From Rhodosorus marinus CCMP1338 (lineage: Eukaryota; Plantae; Rhodophyta), in assembly GCA_029953675.1 (NCBI GenBank), contig JAMWBK010000003.1, positions 930,001 through 994,000 of the forward strand: a DNA stretch of 64,000 nucleotides, read 5' to 3'. Made by a program: the position numbers and the translations under genes. This document shows positions 1 to 10,839 of the stretch, in pieces. Under the pieces are notes generated by a model. The model was not told the origin of the DNA, made no database searches, and saw only the letters and a program-made list of their open reading frames with translations. The stretch's first letter is position 1, and each line of letters opens with the position of its first letter.

Positions 1-1184
1 ACCACTCGAAACTTAACACAGCCACACCTGTGACCAGGTGGTCACAGAAGACCTCTAGCCCTTCTCGCTTCTCGCACAGCTTTCAACGAGGAGCGCTACA
101 AGCCTTTTGTCTACTTCAGCCTGCCAATCTCCTCCCCGAACCCCTCCCCCGAAAAAGACAGACTTCGTCAGGTGACCTGTTTGGCCACACACTCTCTCTA
201 TAATGAAGAAGACCGAGCACCTTCCAACGGGAGGATGAACGGAATGGTATCTCTTTTCAACCTCTTAAAGAAGACCAGCAAAGAACCTTTTCAAAAAGAA
301 ACCACCTGAACAAGTATGCAGGTGAAGTGATTATGCCTTTTCACCCTCGAAGATGATGCAGTTAAGCCCATGCTTATCTATTGAAGAAGATGAAAGTGAA
401 TTCATGAACGCCTGTACAACGCTCGCGATCGTCCAAAGTCATGTCAACAAACAACTTTCACTGTTGATGGTAACCCTGACACCAGGTGGGCCTCTTGAGG
501 AAGAGGGTTTCCCCGCCAGTAGTTATGGGTTTGGATGGTTTGTGATAACAACAGTTGAGGAGGAATTCCGCGCGTTGTTGAAGCAACAGAATTGTTCTTG
601 CTTTCTCTCTCATCTGCAGCTTTGCTAAGCGTTGATGATTGTGCTGAACTGTTCAACATCAAGAAGGCGATAAGGACTGAAAATCTTTAGAGAAGAACGC
701 TTCCATATGGTAACCTCAAATGCCTGCTTTTGGATGAGAAATCCTGGTGTCAGGTCGTGCTGACTTGATCCGAAGCTCTTCGATTCACTCGACGATGCAG
801 ATTTATTTCCATCTTTCTTAGTGTAGACGAAGACGAAGATAAAAAGTAGATTAGCGGCAACGGAAGCCAACGTTCCGTGCAAATGTCTCGAGCAGACTTT
901 GCGCTCAGCATCCGATATCGTGACTCCTTGAAGGTCAACCCACAGAAGAAATTCGCCTTTAGCAAATATATTGTCGTTGACGGGTTGCCTTGAAGAGCTT
1001 CAAACGCGTACGCTTCTACAGCTTCTGGGAGCAGGTCAAAGTCTAGGACGTCGATTTGGTCGACTTGACTGTCTCCTCCAACGTCGCAACAAGAAGTTTG
1101 GGAATTTTCTCTCACTCTTTTGGTGCGTCTGCTGGTCGGGTTGTGGTTAGTTAGCCATCACTCGAGCTACGTACTACGGCTCTC

Positions 1185-1789
1185 TCACATAGCCCCGCTG
1201 TTTGGATCTCTGGCAAGCCTCCTCCGTCGTTTGTAGTAGTCATACATCCACGCTAGAATAGACAGATGTTGCGAAAGAACCGATGAGGTCAGTGAAAGCA
1301 TTTGTAAATGACTGTTAGCAACGGAAAGAGATCGTTTACCCAGCGATGCGGTCGGAATGAGGTCCGTCCCTGGGAGCATTTCCTCAGCGAAGCCCAGCAC
1401 TGCATAGAACACGGAACCTGAAACCACAAATAGTTCAATCCAAACCTTTTTGTATTCTGTTCGACAAGGTCGAGTGGGATGAAATTCCTATGCCTACCAT
1501 ACATTGCGTAAATAATCGAAGCAGAGAGAGGCGCCCACCACACTAGGAAGAATGAAGACGACCACATAAGAAAATATGGTATCAGAGCGGGGTGATTGCT
1601 CATATCCTGCTGCATGGGCTTACCGTCTGCCACCTCCCCAACAGCGGGGAAAAGGTAGGTAAAGCAGCCGACCAAGTCGACCAAAATGCTAAGAGCGAGC
1701 TTTACAGCTGGTGGCAACCGCCTAAACAGTCCGATGAGCCCAGCCCCGGAATCATCTGGCATCGAATACTGCGGCCTTCGCGATCCCAT
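1185..1789 (-). CDS. Small conserved membrane protein of unknown function, 4 exons (1789-1624, 1542-1498, 1417-1340, 1252-1185)
   Basis: Three GT-AG introns join one open frame: ...KLALSILVDLVGCFTYLFPAVGEVAD|VWWAPLSASIIYAMY|GSVFYAVLGFAEEMLPGTDLIPTASL|AWMYDYYKRRRR... with hydrophobic helices. It resembles a hypothetical family I recall from Bacteroidetes and algae. Confidence 0.75.
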
Positions 1790-2248
1790 ATCTTTTTTCT
1801 TAACAGAGATGAATCAAGCAAAGGTCGCATTTCAGAAGCTGATCCCCTGATCAATAATCCTCATCGGCTGACGGTCCTGACGTGGTCAGCATGCTCCATC
1901 CCTCACGTGACCTTGAATGACGTCACTCTTCTGTCACCGATGCTTTGCGTCGAACGTAGATTCTTGTCATCAGCTTGACAAATTCGACCATGTCCATCAA
2001 ATAAGAGGATCAAAGAAGATGATGGACAGATGGAATACATTTGTTTGACCAATACAAAGCCAGCTCGATTTGAGCAGAGATGCATCGATAGTCCACGGTT
2101 CTAAATCCGCGTACGCATTGACGTGTTCTTTCTTGTGTTCCTTGATGCTTGGACTGAGATATGATCTTTTACTAAGTTAGAATCGCTTTCCTAGGTCTGT
2201 TGTTCGGCATTTTCATCAATGCTCTCCTTCCAGAACCCTAGGTTCCCC

Positions 2249-2962
2249 TCATGCAGGGAATCCAAGTTCACTGAGCTTTATGTGAGATTCAATGTAGTCC
2301 GCGAAGAACGCACCCTCGTCCTCAGCATAGGTTGTGACCAACTTCTCAAGCTCCGGCTCGTCGCATAGGGCCTTGTCAGAGTCCAACAGGAGTAGCCCCT
2401 TGGTGTCACCGTTGATGACGTTCTTATAGTATTCGTTGTCGAAAACAAGGGGCTTGGTGGTCCATGCACCAACGAAACCAGATCGATCCTTATGCGCGGC
2501 TCCGAGACAGTGGGCTCCGCTCAGGACGACGATGTCCTTATCGCTGAGTCCCATTCTGTAAAAGACGTCGCGCAGATGAGGCATTCTCTTCGTGGCATCC
2601 GGGAGTCGGCCGTCGTTAGTGCATGCTTCGCTATCGATTCTTCCAAATTTGAACGGAATCACCGGACCACCAGCGGCCTCAATTGCGACCACGGATGCAA
2701 GCTGGTAAAGATCTGCGTAGCTCACAGCCGGATACTTGGCATGGAACGGCTCCAAGAAATCGACCGCCTTTTTCAATCCCGCGTTGGCACCGTGAAGGAT
2801 CTCGGGCTCGAATCGAATGGAAGCATTCGCCCCGCCGGTTTTATCCTCGTGATTGTAAGTACCAGCGTCGTGCCATGCCAACCTCACCAGGAGTGGGTGG
2901 CAAGGTACCTCAGACAAGAATGTCTTGATATCCTCTCTCAAAGCAGTCTCAAACTCCACCAT
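2249..2962 (-). CDS. APX: Ascorbate peroxidase (class I heme peroxidase, cytosolic type), intronless
   Basis: Distal motif RLAWHDAGTY; GGANASIRF; proximal GAHCLGAAHKDRSGF with the ascorbate-binding Arg; WT..PLVFDNEYY. Confidence 0.95.
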   Translation of the reverse strand: MVEFETALREDIKTFLSEVPCHPLLVRLAWHDAGTYNHEDKTGGANASIRFEPEILHGANAGLKKAVDFLEPFHAKYPAVSYADLYQLASVVAIEAAGGPVIPFKFGRIDSEACTNDGRLPDATKRMPHLRDVFYRMGLSDKDIVVLSGAHCLGAAHKDRSGFVGAWTTKPLVFDNEYYKNVINGDTKGLLLLDSDKALCDEPELEKLVTTYAEDEGAFFADYIESHIKLSELGFPA

Positions 2963-4497
2963 CCTTGTTCTACGCCAAAGAACTGATTACAACCGCCTCC
3001 ACAATGAAAGGATACAACTAGAAAAGTAACAAGAGAATTTTACAGATAAGCTCTGCGAACACGATGATCAAGTAACCTCCAGACTCTTTCTCGCATCGCC
3101 CTGCCAGCTAGAAGGTTGCTGGTCAGCTACACCTTTTATACACTGGTGCAATCATTTTAAGGTCTATTCACCCAGAAACCCGGGTCCTCCATCCAGTATA
3201 AATAGAAACTTCTACCCACCTCCTGATGGCTCTACCTATTTACATGTCCCATTCTCTTCTACCCCTGTACACTCACAACTATCGAATATTATATGAAAAT
3301 ATATAATAAAATAGCGTAAGGGGGGGTAGAAGGTGAAGAACTTGTTTCACTTACAATTTTCTCCATCTATTGCACCCCCCTTAACATTGCATTGGATTTT
3401 CTCACATGCTATTCATCCATTCCATCCACAAATCCTATTTCTAATTTCTTGGTCAAAAATGAAGGGGAAATGATTCCTGATAATTGATTGGTAAACGTAG
3501 TCGAATGGGGAGTGATACTACGGTTTGATTAGTAGATTTAATGTCATATAAACATTATTTAACCAATTAAATTATACAAACACGTTATGTCTAGTGTTAA
3601 GTGTTTTTATTGGTAGAACATCGCAACGGGCCGTGTGGCAGGTCCTGTTGGTTCCAGTCGGGTTGGAAAGGGAAGGGAGGGGGAAAAGGGAAGCTGGTAT
3701 TGTTTCGATACATACTTCTGGGAAGCGACTAATAATTCTCTGCTTGGGTGGTGGTTTTGGTTGAAGTGACGAAGTCCTCTTCTCATATGCTGCTTAGAAG
3801 AAGAAGTTACATATCGGATTGTCAGTCAGTACGAGCTGGTTGCTCTAAACATTTACGAACAGCGCTCGTGCAGAAAAATTACCGTCGGAATCTGCTTCCA
3901 AACGTTGAGCCCAGTTGCCGTCTCTTCAGTCAGCGAGATCTGGACACTACTCCTCAGACTCTGTTATGTGTTGCTTTTTCAGAGGCTTGCAGCGGCCAGT
4001 TTTTTTTGGGCTGCTTTGATTTCCACCTCGTCCGCTGCGTGATCTGGAAGAGGGCGCGCGGGATCCAATGCTTTGTCATGCCGAGAACGCAGCGAAGTTG
4101 ATGAGTCAAGGGACTATGCACACGTAGCTGACCGGATCAGGTAACATCTTACTGCTTCAGTCTCACTGCGGAACAGCTCTTCCTGGTAAAGCCGTTTCAA
4201 AGCTCAACGTCTATCCAAGTTTCACGAGAGCCGACGACATCTAACCTTCACTATGCCCGGAAGCTCAATTCTTTCTAAATTTCCGGGGACAACGTGAAGC
4301 GTTCGACTTTGATTGCGAACGCAGTCATCTTTCGTCCAATCGATGCATTGTGTTGACCAATAATGACTGATAAACCTGTTTCTAGGAAAATATAATTGAG
4401 AATTATAGTTTCGGGTTTGTGCGTTTGATATGAGGACATCAGGCTGAGGGACAGTTGACTTGCGGGAGAAGTGTGGAGACAGGGGCTCAATGAAAAC

Positions 4498-6276
4498 ATG
4501 ATAAGAAGCTTGCAAAGCTCCACAAGAATTCGTTTGGGAAGATCTGTCTTCTTAAGACGTCTTCAACTGTCATCAAGGACTGTTCCTCTGTCTCCCGGCG
4601 GATCTCTTCGAGTAAGAAGTACTGTTATGATTCAATAGGAGGACGGTCTGGTGATTGAAAGGTCCTGGCTGAGCGTGTTTCTGATTTACTAGGTTAAGCT
4701 TAGAGAATGGAAGTTGAAGCTACTGATACAGGATCATGACTTGTGGGATCGTGCGACTATCGAATGTCATGGACCTGAGAACGGTGGTGAATCGGAGCAG
4801 ATTGTAAGTCACTGCGTGATCGGACTGAACGCCAAGCAACTGTGGAGGTAGAGTCCCCGTTTACTGATGCACGATCTTCTGTTCCTTGAAGAAACCGGAG
4901 GAACCTATCCTGTTTGCTGACGAGAAGACGAACTCGGTGCGGCTTGAGCAGCCGACCTCGCAGGTAAGGCTAGGGCCTTCACTGGATTATATGTTCGAGA
5001 TTGCCTACCGGATGGCACCATTGCTTTTGTAGTCTCGTGATGGTTTTACCCGAAGCTACTTGTGGAAACTTCGTCAGCCGTCCGAGGTAGAAGTTGTTTT
5101 GAAAATACCTGGGAAAATCAGCCTTGACCTGGAGGGTGGCGGTGGTATGTCATTGAACGACAAATTTGAGGGTGAAGAGCACAAGATTGCGGTAACTGGC
5201 GGTGTCGCTTCCGTAGGGAAACTGCGGGGGATGAGAGTATGTAAATCGGCTCTGTAGAATAGACAACCAATAGATGGAGTCTCTCAAGAACTCGCGAGCA
5301 TCTGAGTACGGATCACAGCGCACCCTGTTTACCTTTTCCCTTTGTCCGTTTCCGCGCAATGCAGATAGTCATCCAGGCGTGTGAAGGACAGATTGTAGCA
5401 CGCCAGCTACTAGGAAGCTTGATTGTAAACACCAGAAAAACGGAGCTTGATATCAAACTTCTGCAGGTAAGGTGTCCTCGAGACGTTACCCGTGTGAAGG
5501 CGACCGCTTACTTGGTTGACCGCCCGCCGAACAAGCTCGCCATGCGACCAGCCGTACTGCCACTGTGTAAGATGAAGTTCCAAGGCCGAAGCTGAACAGT
5601 TCTCCCTGGACTTCTTCTTTCCCTGTGCAGGGTCCAGTGAACACTCTCTTCATGGACAAGAGCACTCTTGCTATCGGAGCTGGGTATACGGAAAGGATGG
5701 AGGTATTCGCCACACAGTCTTCTGTCTCGTTTGATCACCTGCGAGGCTCCACGCAAGTGATGAGCAGAGGAGGCGCCGTGAAAATTGGCAGCTGTGACGG
5801 CAGTCTACATGTAGGTCATCTAGTCATCCCGAGATCCCGAAAAGTCTTCGAAAAGTCTTGTATCTCCTTGCGCGGTGGGTCGTTACTCACAATCTATGAT
5901 CTTTGTTTCAGGTCGATTCCATCGATAGTATCGATGTAACGCTGTCCACTTTCGATCGTGTTGACTTACACTCTGAAAGGGACGTCCGCATTGGTATGCC
6001 AGACAGCCCCGATGCAGATCTTCACTGTTTCTCACCGTCAGTTACGGTCGACGAGGCCATAAATCAATCCGTTCGAACATACTGCTCGCATGATGAGATA
6101 TCGTATGGGAAGCTCGAGGAAAGGTATCGATGAGAGAGGCCAGGAGTTGTCATGGTCCAGAAAGACTGCCGGCCTTCCACTGCCACGACTTAAGCTTCTC
6201 TGACTGATTTCTTAGGAATGTGCCCGTTCTTGTCGCTCGTGGTGGGAAGAGCATCAGAGTAAGGCTGCGAGAATAG
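4498..6276 (+). CDS. FAM185A/DUF4097-like beta-repeat protein with a mitochondrial-type presequence, about 8 exons
   Basis: ATG 4498, MIRSLQSSTRIRLGRSVFLRRLQLSSR (Arg/Ser-rich, no acidic residues). GT-AG joins at 4611/4693, 4803/4892, 4963/5033, about 5237/5365, 5466/5631, 5810/5912 and 6123/6216 keep one frame. Repeats such as VVLKIPGKISLDL and SRGGAVKIGSCDGSLH; TAG at 6274-6276. Confidence 0.65.
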
Positions 6277-6499
6277 TTAATAGTTTTGCTGGTACTGACA
6301 CGAGTTGCTGAGCATAACTCTGCTTTGCTACTCGCAGGTGGAGCCCGCTATATGGATGAGCGGATTCGGCCTATCACGTCTCGACAGGAATTCTCCTCCA
6401 ACTGCTCGGACGTTGCGTCGGGACAGAACGGCCTGAAACTCATGTTCGTAACCGGAGAGGCCATCTTACGAGTAGTAAGTCCTAAGCCATGTCTTCCAT

Positions 6500-7135
6500 G
6501 CTAATGCAGCTTGGGAATAACCTGCTGGAAATCAGAATCAGAAAACGCAACCATGTCTGGGGATCTGATCCTCGCCTGCACAGGTCTAGATCCAATCTAA
6601 GTGCACAGGTACGCAATCACCAGAAGAGATTATCTCCTTGTTTTCTGCGTCATCGTGACATATCGTTGCGAAGCACATCGGTATCCTTTTTTTTCCTTTT
6701 TTTGGTTCGCTCTCCCCGAACTGCCCTAACAATGATTTCATCTCTCATTGCTCATCCTAAGGCCAGGATTGTCTCAACCATTCTACCGACTGATGTCTGC
6801 TTAACCACTCCACACTACCCCTTAGTCGCCAGGAAACTTATCGAATAATAGCTGGACGACCGGGCAAAACCTTGTTTCGTTTATTAATTCTTTTGGACTG
6901 TCTAAAGGGCTTGCAAGGCCATACCCATCCCAGGCAGCAACACCTACACTTTCGGAGACACAAACTAGAGCAGAAAAACATGCGAGTCTTCGATGGAGAT
7001 CTCTCCATTGCCAACTCCTTGTCCAATGACAGCAGTAGACTGGCCACCCTTGTTATCAAGTAACATCCTAACATTCTATTGATCTCCAATTCCGTGAACA
7101 AATCTCTAACCGCCATGGCCATCCATGGTTGGGGG
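6500..7135 (-). mobile_element. Possible highly decayed Ty1/copia pol fragment (protease region)
   Basis: Stop-ridden and frameshifted pieces: PWMAMAVRDLFTELE, LDNKGGQSTAVIGQG, KVLPGRPAIIR*VSWRLRG. These loosely follow the copia HMTGDRxLFxxLE...GxxxxVxGxG...VLxVPxLxxNLISV pattern. Confidence 0.25.
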
Positions 7136-7288
7136 GACTCCGGGCTCTACCAAATCCCTCCACCCCTCTCCCTGCGTGGTTGTGCGCGTAAGCTTATGCC
7201 TCGTATTCCTTTCCCAACCCCTTAACCAGAGGATCATGTCATCAAAAGCAGTCCTTTAAATTTGTAATTTTCAATATTTACTTGCGTG

Positions 7289-7289
<1 letters not shown>

Positions 7290-7318
<29 letters not shown>
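7290..7318. repeat. (TA)14 microsatellite
   Basis: Perfect TA alternation from 7290 to 7318. Confidence 0.95.
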
Positions 7319-7322
<4 letters not shown>

Positions 7323-9226
7323 ATACCTCCCTGGGTAGTGTTTCTTTAGTAGGGTTTCTCAAGCTGCCGGGTGCATGAACCACCCGGCAGCAGAACCAGT
7401 AGCATCCGAGGCTCTTGTGAAAAACCAGGCAACAGCAGATTCCACCCCGTGTCGGATTCTAATTCACCAAATAGTATCCTCGTCTATGGAAATATCTTCG
7501 CTTCTAATTATTTTTAATATTATTCATCTAATTATAAGTTTAGAAACCGGAGAAAAGAAATTATATATTGGAGTATATCTTCACATCTGGGATTTTTTAT
7601 TTATTTTTCATAGATTTTTGATGTGGAAAAGTATATTTTTTTGCGGGATTGCGAGAAATATCGGACTGGACGAGTCTCTTCGGCGGTTGGAGCTTGGATT
7701 TATTTTTTAATTTGTTTTGTAGGTTTCGCAGGTCCCGGACCTGTCAAGTGAAAAAAATTCTTAGAGCAATTTTTTTCTTTCTCTATTTGAAGTTCCCGTC
7801 TCGTTTTTTGCTCAAATGACTTCTTGGAAGGGTTCTCTCAAAAAAATCCAACGGAGCATTGATCTTCAAGAAAGAAACTAAAAAACAAAAACGTACGATT
7901 GAGCTATTGATTGAAACCTATCAGAATGCCCTCGACCTTTTTTCTGGGCTCTAATTGTTTCGATAAAAATTAGAGGGCTTCCCAACAATCCTATCAATAT
8001 TTAGCCAGCAAATTCTCACCACGTCCATGTCGCCGAGCTGTGCTAAACTAACTATGGATATGAGAAGAAGGGGGGGGAAGGAATGTTGAAACAAGAAATC
8101 CTGAACTGCGGCACCCTTTCATAAATTTCCGTTTTTACTAATCTCACTTGTATCTTCCGGGTTTTGTACGCTTGTTTTAAAGGGGTATATGCTTGTTACG
8201 GGATGAGAGAGCCAAAAGGACAGCCCCGACCACATTTAACATCCGCCTTCCGTTCCGAAATGAGAGGCGACGTCCATCCGCTCCAGTGATAGGGTTCAAG
8301 TTCCACTGAATCCAAAGGTAGACCGACTAGGACGCGTGCTAGATTACTATTGAAGAACGAAGACGAGTAGTTTCTAGTACCTCTAAAAGTTTCCTTTTTT
8401 CTAGCTCATGTTGTAGATACATGATGATGATTTTTTAATCGTGACCTTGGGTCATGCGATTTCTAGCTTTAACCCCCCCTGCGCTTTAAAGTTGTAACCA
8501 TGAAACTAAGCCAAAAGGATTTTTTTAAGGTAATCGGGCCGAGACATTGATCTTCGACTTACCCCCTTATATTACCCCACCGATCTCCAAACCTGTTTTC
8601 TGTTTAGAATATTTGGCAGTTTCGTTGGCTCGAAAATAGTTAGAAAATATTAGAATGGGTATGGACCGCTTTTAGGCAGTTGATAATGTTGATATCCTCC
8701 ACCAATGAAATTGCATCAGTTTATATCTCGATTTAAGGGATTGATAGTATATTTATTTGATTATAACATTTTAGAAGAAAAAAGGATATTGGGAGCTTTT
8801 TGGGATTCTATGCGGAGAGGTTAAAATTTCCAGGATTTCTTAATTTTCATTAATGATGTATTTAGGAAATGTAAATTAGTATTTTTGAGAGCAACGCCTT
8901 TCTGAATGTTGCTATTTCTTTACATCCAAGCGGAGAATGTTCATCTGTTCCATTGGAATTGGATTGCTGAGCGGATATATAATGGGTCCGGGCGGAACCG
9001 TTGGGGGGGGTGGGTGGGGCAGACAGGTTACCTGGGGAATGGGAGAGAGGTACAAGAATACTAGTTAGTAAACCCTTAAGGAGTACAGAGAAGTTTGGAT
9101 GTGGATTTGAGGACAGTCGAGAGGAGAGATTGTGGAAGCGGTTGTGGAGGGGAAGGGGTTTTTGTGCTGAGGTTGATTGACGTTTGCTGTTTTGTCGGGT
9201 GGAGTTTGATAAGGACTTCAACGTTC

Positions 9227-9772
9227 ATGGTATCGTTGGCGTACACGAGAGTGGAGGATGAGATTTCGTCTTCAAGCTTTGAATCGATGGATTCGGAGCA
9301 ACTAGATAGCCTCAATGAGCAATTATGGGAAACGTTTGGCGATACTCAGAATCTGATGACGCAAGATCATCTGTCTTGTGAGGTGTCGACAATTCATGCA
9401 GACGATCTGATTGCAGAGGAATCTGTGGAGCCTTTGATCGCGGAGGGTACTCCTCTGCAAACGGAGTTGGATTCGTTTGAGGCAAGCACTGCTGCTACCA
9501 TCAAATCAGAGTTGACGGATATGCCAATGCCAGATTTCCTCGATGGCTCCAAGCTTGACGACCTGAAACAAATCGAGTTGACGAGGATGTACAAGAAGAA
9601 ACTGCGCGAGGCCGCTACTCTGCGTCTGAAACGTAAACGCGATGAGCACAGGATGAGCGGAAAGGGTGCTCGTTATGCAGGACGTAAGAAGAGCGCAGAA
9701 GCCAGACCGAGGGTGAACGGGCGCTTCGTGAAGCGTGGCTCTGGATCCTCCGCCTCGGATGCAGATCATTGA
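9227..9772 (+). CDS. CCT-domain (CONSTANS/CO-like/TOC1) transcriptional regulator, intronless
   Basis: C-terminal LREAATLRLKRKR...RYAGRKKSAEARPRVNGRFVK matches the CCT motif, preceded by an acidic N-terminal region. The first ATG in the ORF is at 9227. Confidence 0.85.
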   Translation: MVSLAYTRVEDEISSSSFESMDSEQLDSLNEQLWETFGDTQNLMTQDHLSCEVSTIHADDLIAEESVEPLIAEGTPLQTELDSFEASTAATIKSELTDMPMPDFLDGSKLDDLKQIELTRMYKKKLREAATLRLKRKRDEHRMSGKGARYAGRKKSAEARPRVNGRFVKRGSGSSASDADH

Positions 9773-10839
9773 GTACTTTACTCTCTGAAATAGTTATCGG
9801 ATTACTGCCAAGTCCCTAAATTGCGTTTGTGTGAGTGCTTTGGGGCTGGTGAAAGAGCCCGCCTGAAAATTTTGTACGACTCAACTATCTTTTTTATTGC
9901 CTTGGCAAAGGGCTTATCTTAATCTTGTGGACATATAATTAAATGAACTGAGTATATTGTAAAACAGAGAAAACATCCACCTTCCAACGCGACCGACCGC
10001 ATTTTCGGTCTCCGCTACGAGCGACTACTTCCCTTGCCCCAGTTCAACAAAAGCCCAACACAACGAACTCAGCGTTCTTTCACGAGGCAACCCATAGTTC
10101 AATGGCAGCACAAACAGCCATCATCGGCCACTCTCAGAAGGCGCTCTACACCCAATCCGGACATCCAAACGGTTTGCACCTACTTCCCAGCTTCAATTTC
10201 TGGACAGACTGTCATAGTCATTTTGGACAATAACACGTCCAAGCTGTCCACCTGGGTACTGCCTCAATTATTCCAGAATTCAAAGTTACTTCGTCCTAAT
10301 TACTCCCTAATTAGGTAGTTTATCCCAAAACTAACTTTCCCTTTCTAACTTTGGTTCTTCTTCCTTACTTGTTTTCTTCTCTACCTTCAAGCGAACCTCG
10401 AAAGCATGCGCGATTCCATAGTATTTATACTCTTGCTTCATCGGGATGTGCAATACCACCGAGACTAAAATGAGTGTTGCACCTCCATAGATTCTGGCAC
10501 AGCCCGAGCATAATTTAGCTCAACCGGATATTGCTGTTTTTTTTTTTTTAAGGTTGAACTTGCTTGGAAGGCTGCGACGCCACAGACAAACTGTCTTATG
10601 AAAAGACAATCTGTCCTCGGTCTGTAGGACATTTTTCCGGTTTTGGGACGTCCCACAGCACAATCTGTCCTCGCTACACATTTTTCCGGGTTTGGGACGT
10701 CCCATGGCTTGGTCGTTGAGTCAAACGGATGGAAACCCACCATTTAGTGGAGCCGGGTGAGATGGCGATGGAGTTAGCAGCTACTCTTGGGTCTGTATCG
10801 GATCATTATCTTTGCGGAAGGTTGGAAGATAGAAACGCG

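Noticed and set aside
28-47. 8-bp hairpin CTGTGACC/GGTCACAG
   Set aside because: Too short to exceed chance expectation in 64 kb.
1-1150. ORFs 353-628, 444-662, 625-882 and 750-1115
   Set aside because: No recognisable motifs and stops in all frames; it may be a pseudogene or the tail of a gene outside the window, but I cannot support a call.
3748-4515. ORFs 3748-4101 (+) and 4222-4523 (-)
   Set aside because: No homology recognised and no consistent splice model; the region is partly the promoter of the FAM185A-like gene.
8280-8320. GGGTTCAAGTTCC T-arm-like motif
   Set aside because: No cloverleaf, A-box or acceptor stem, so it is not a tRNA.
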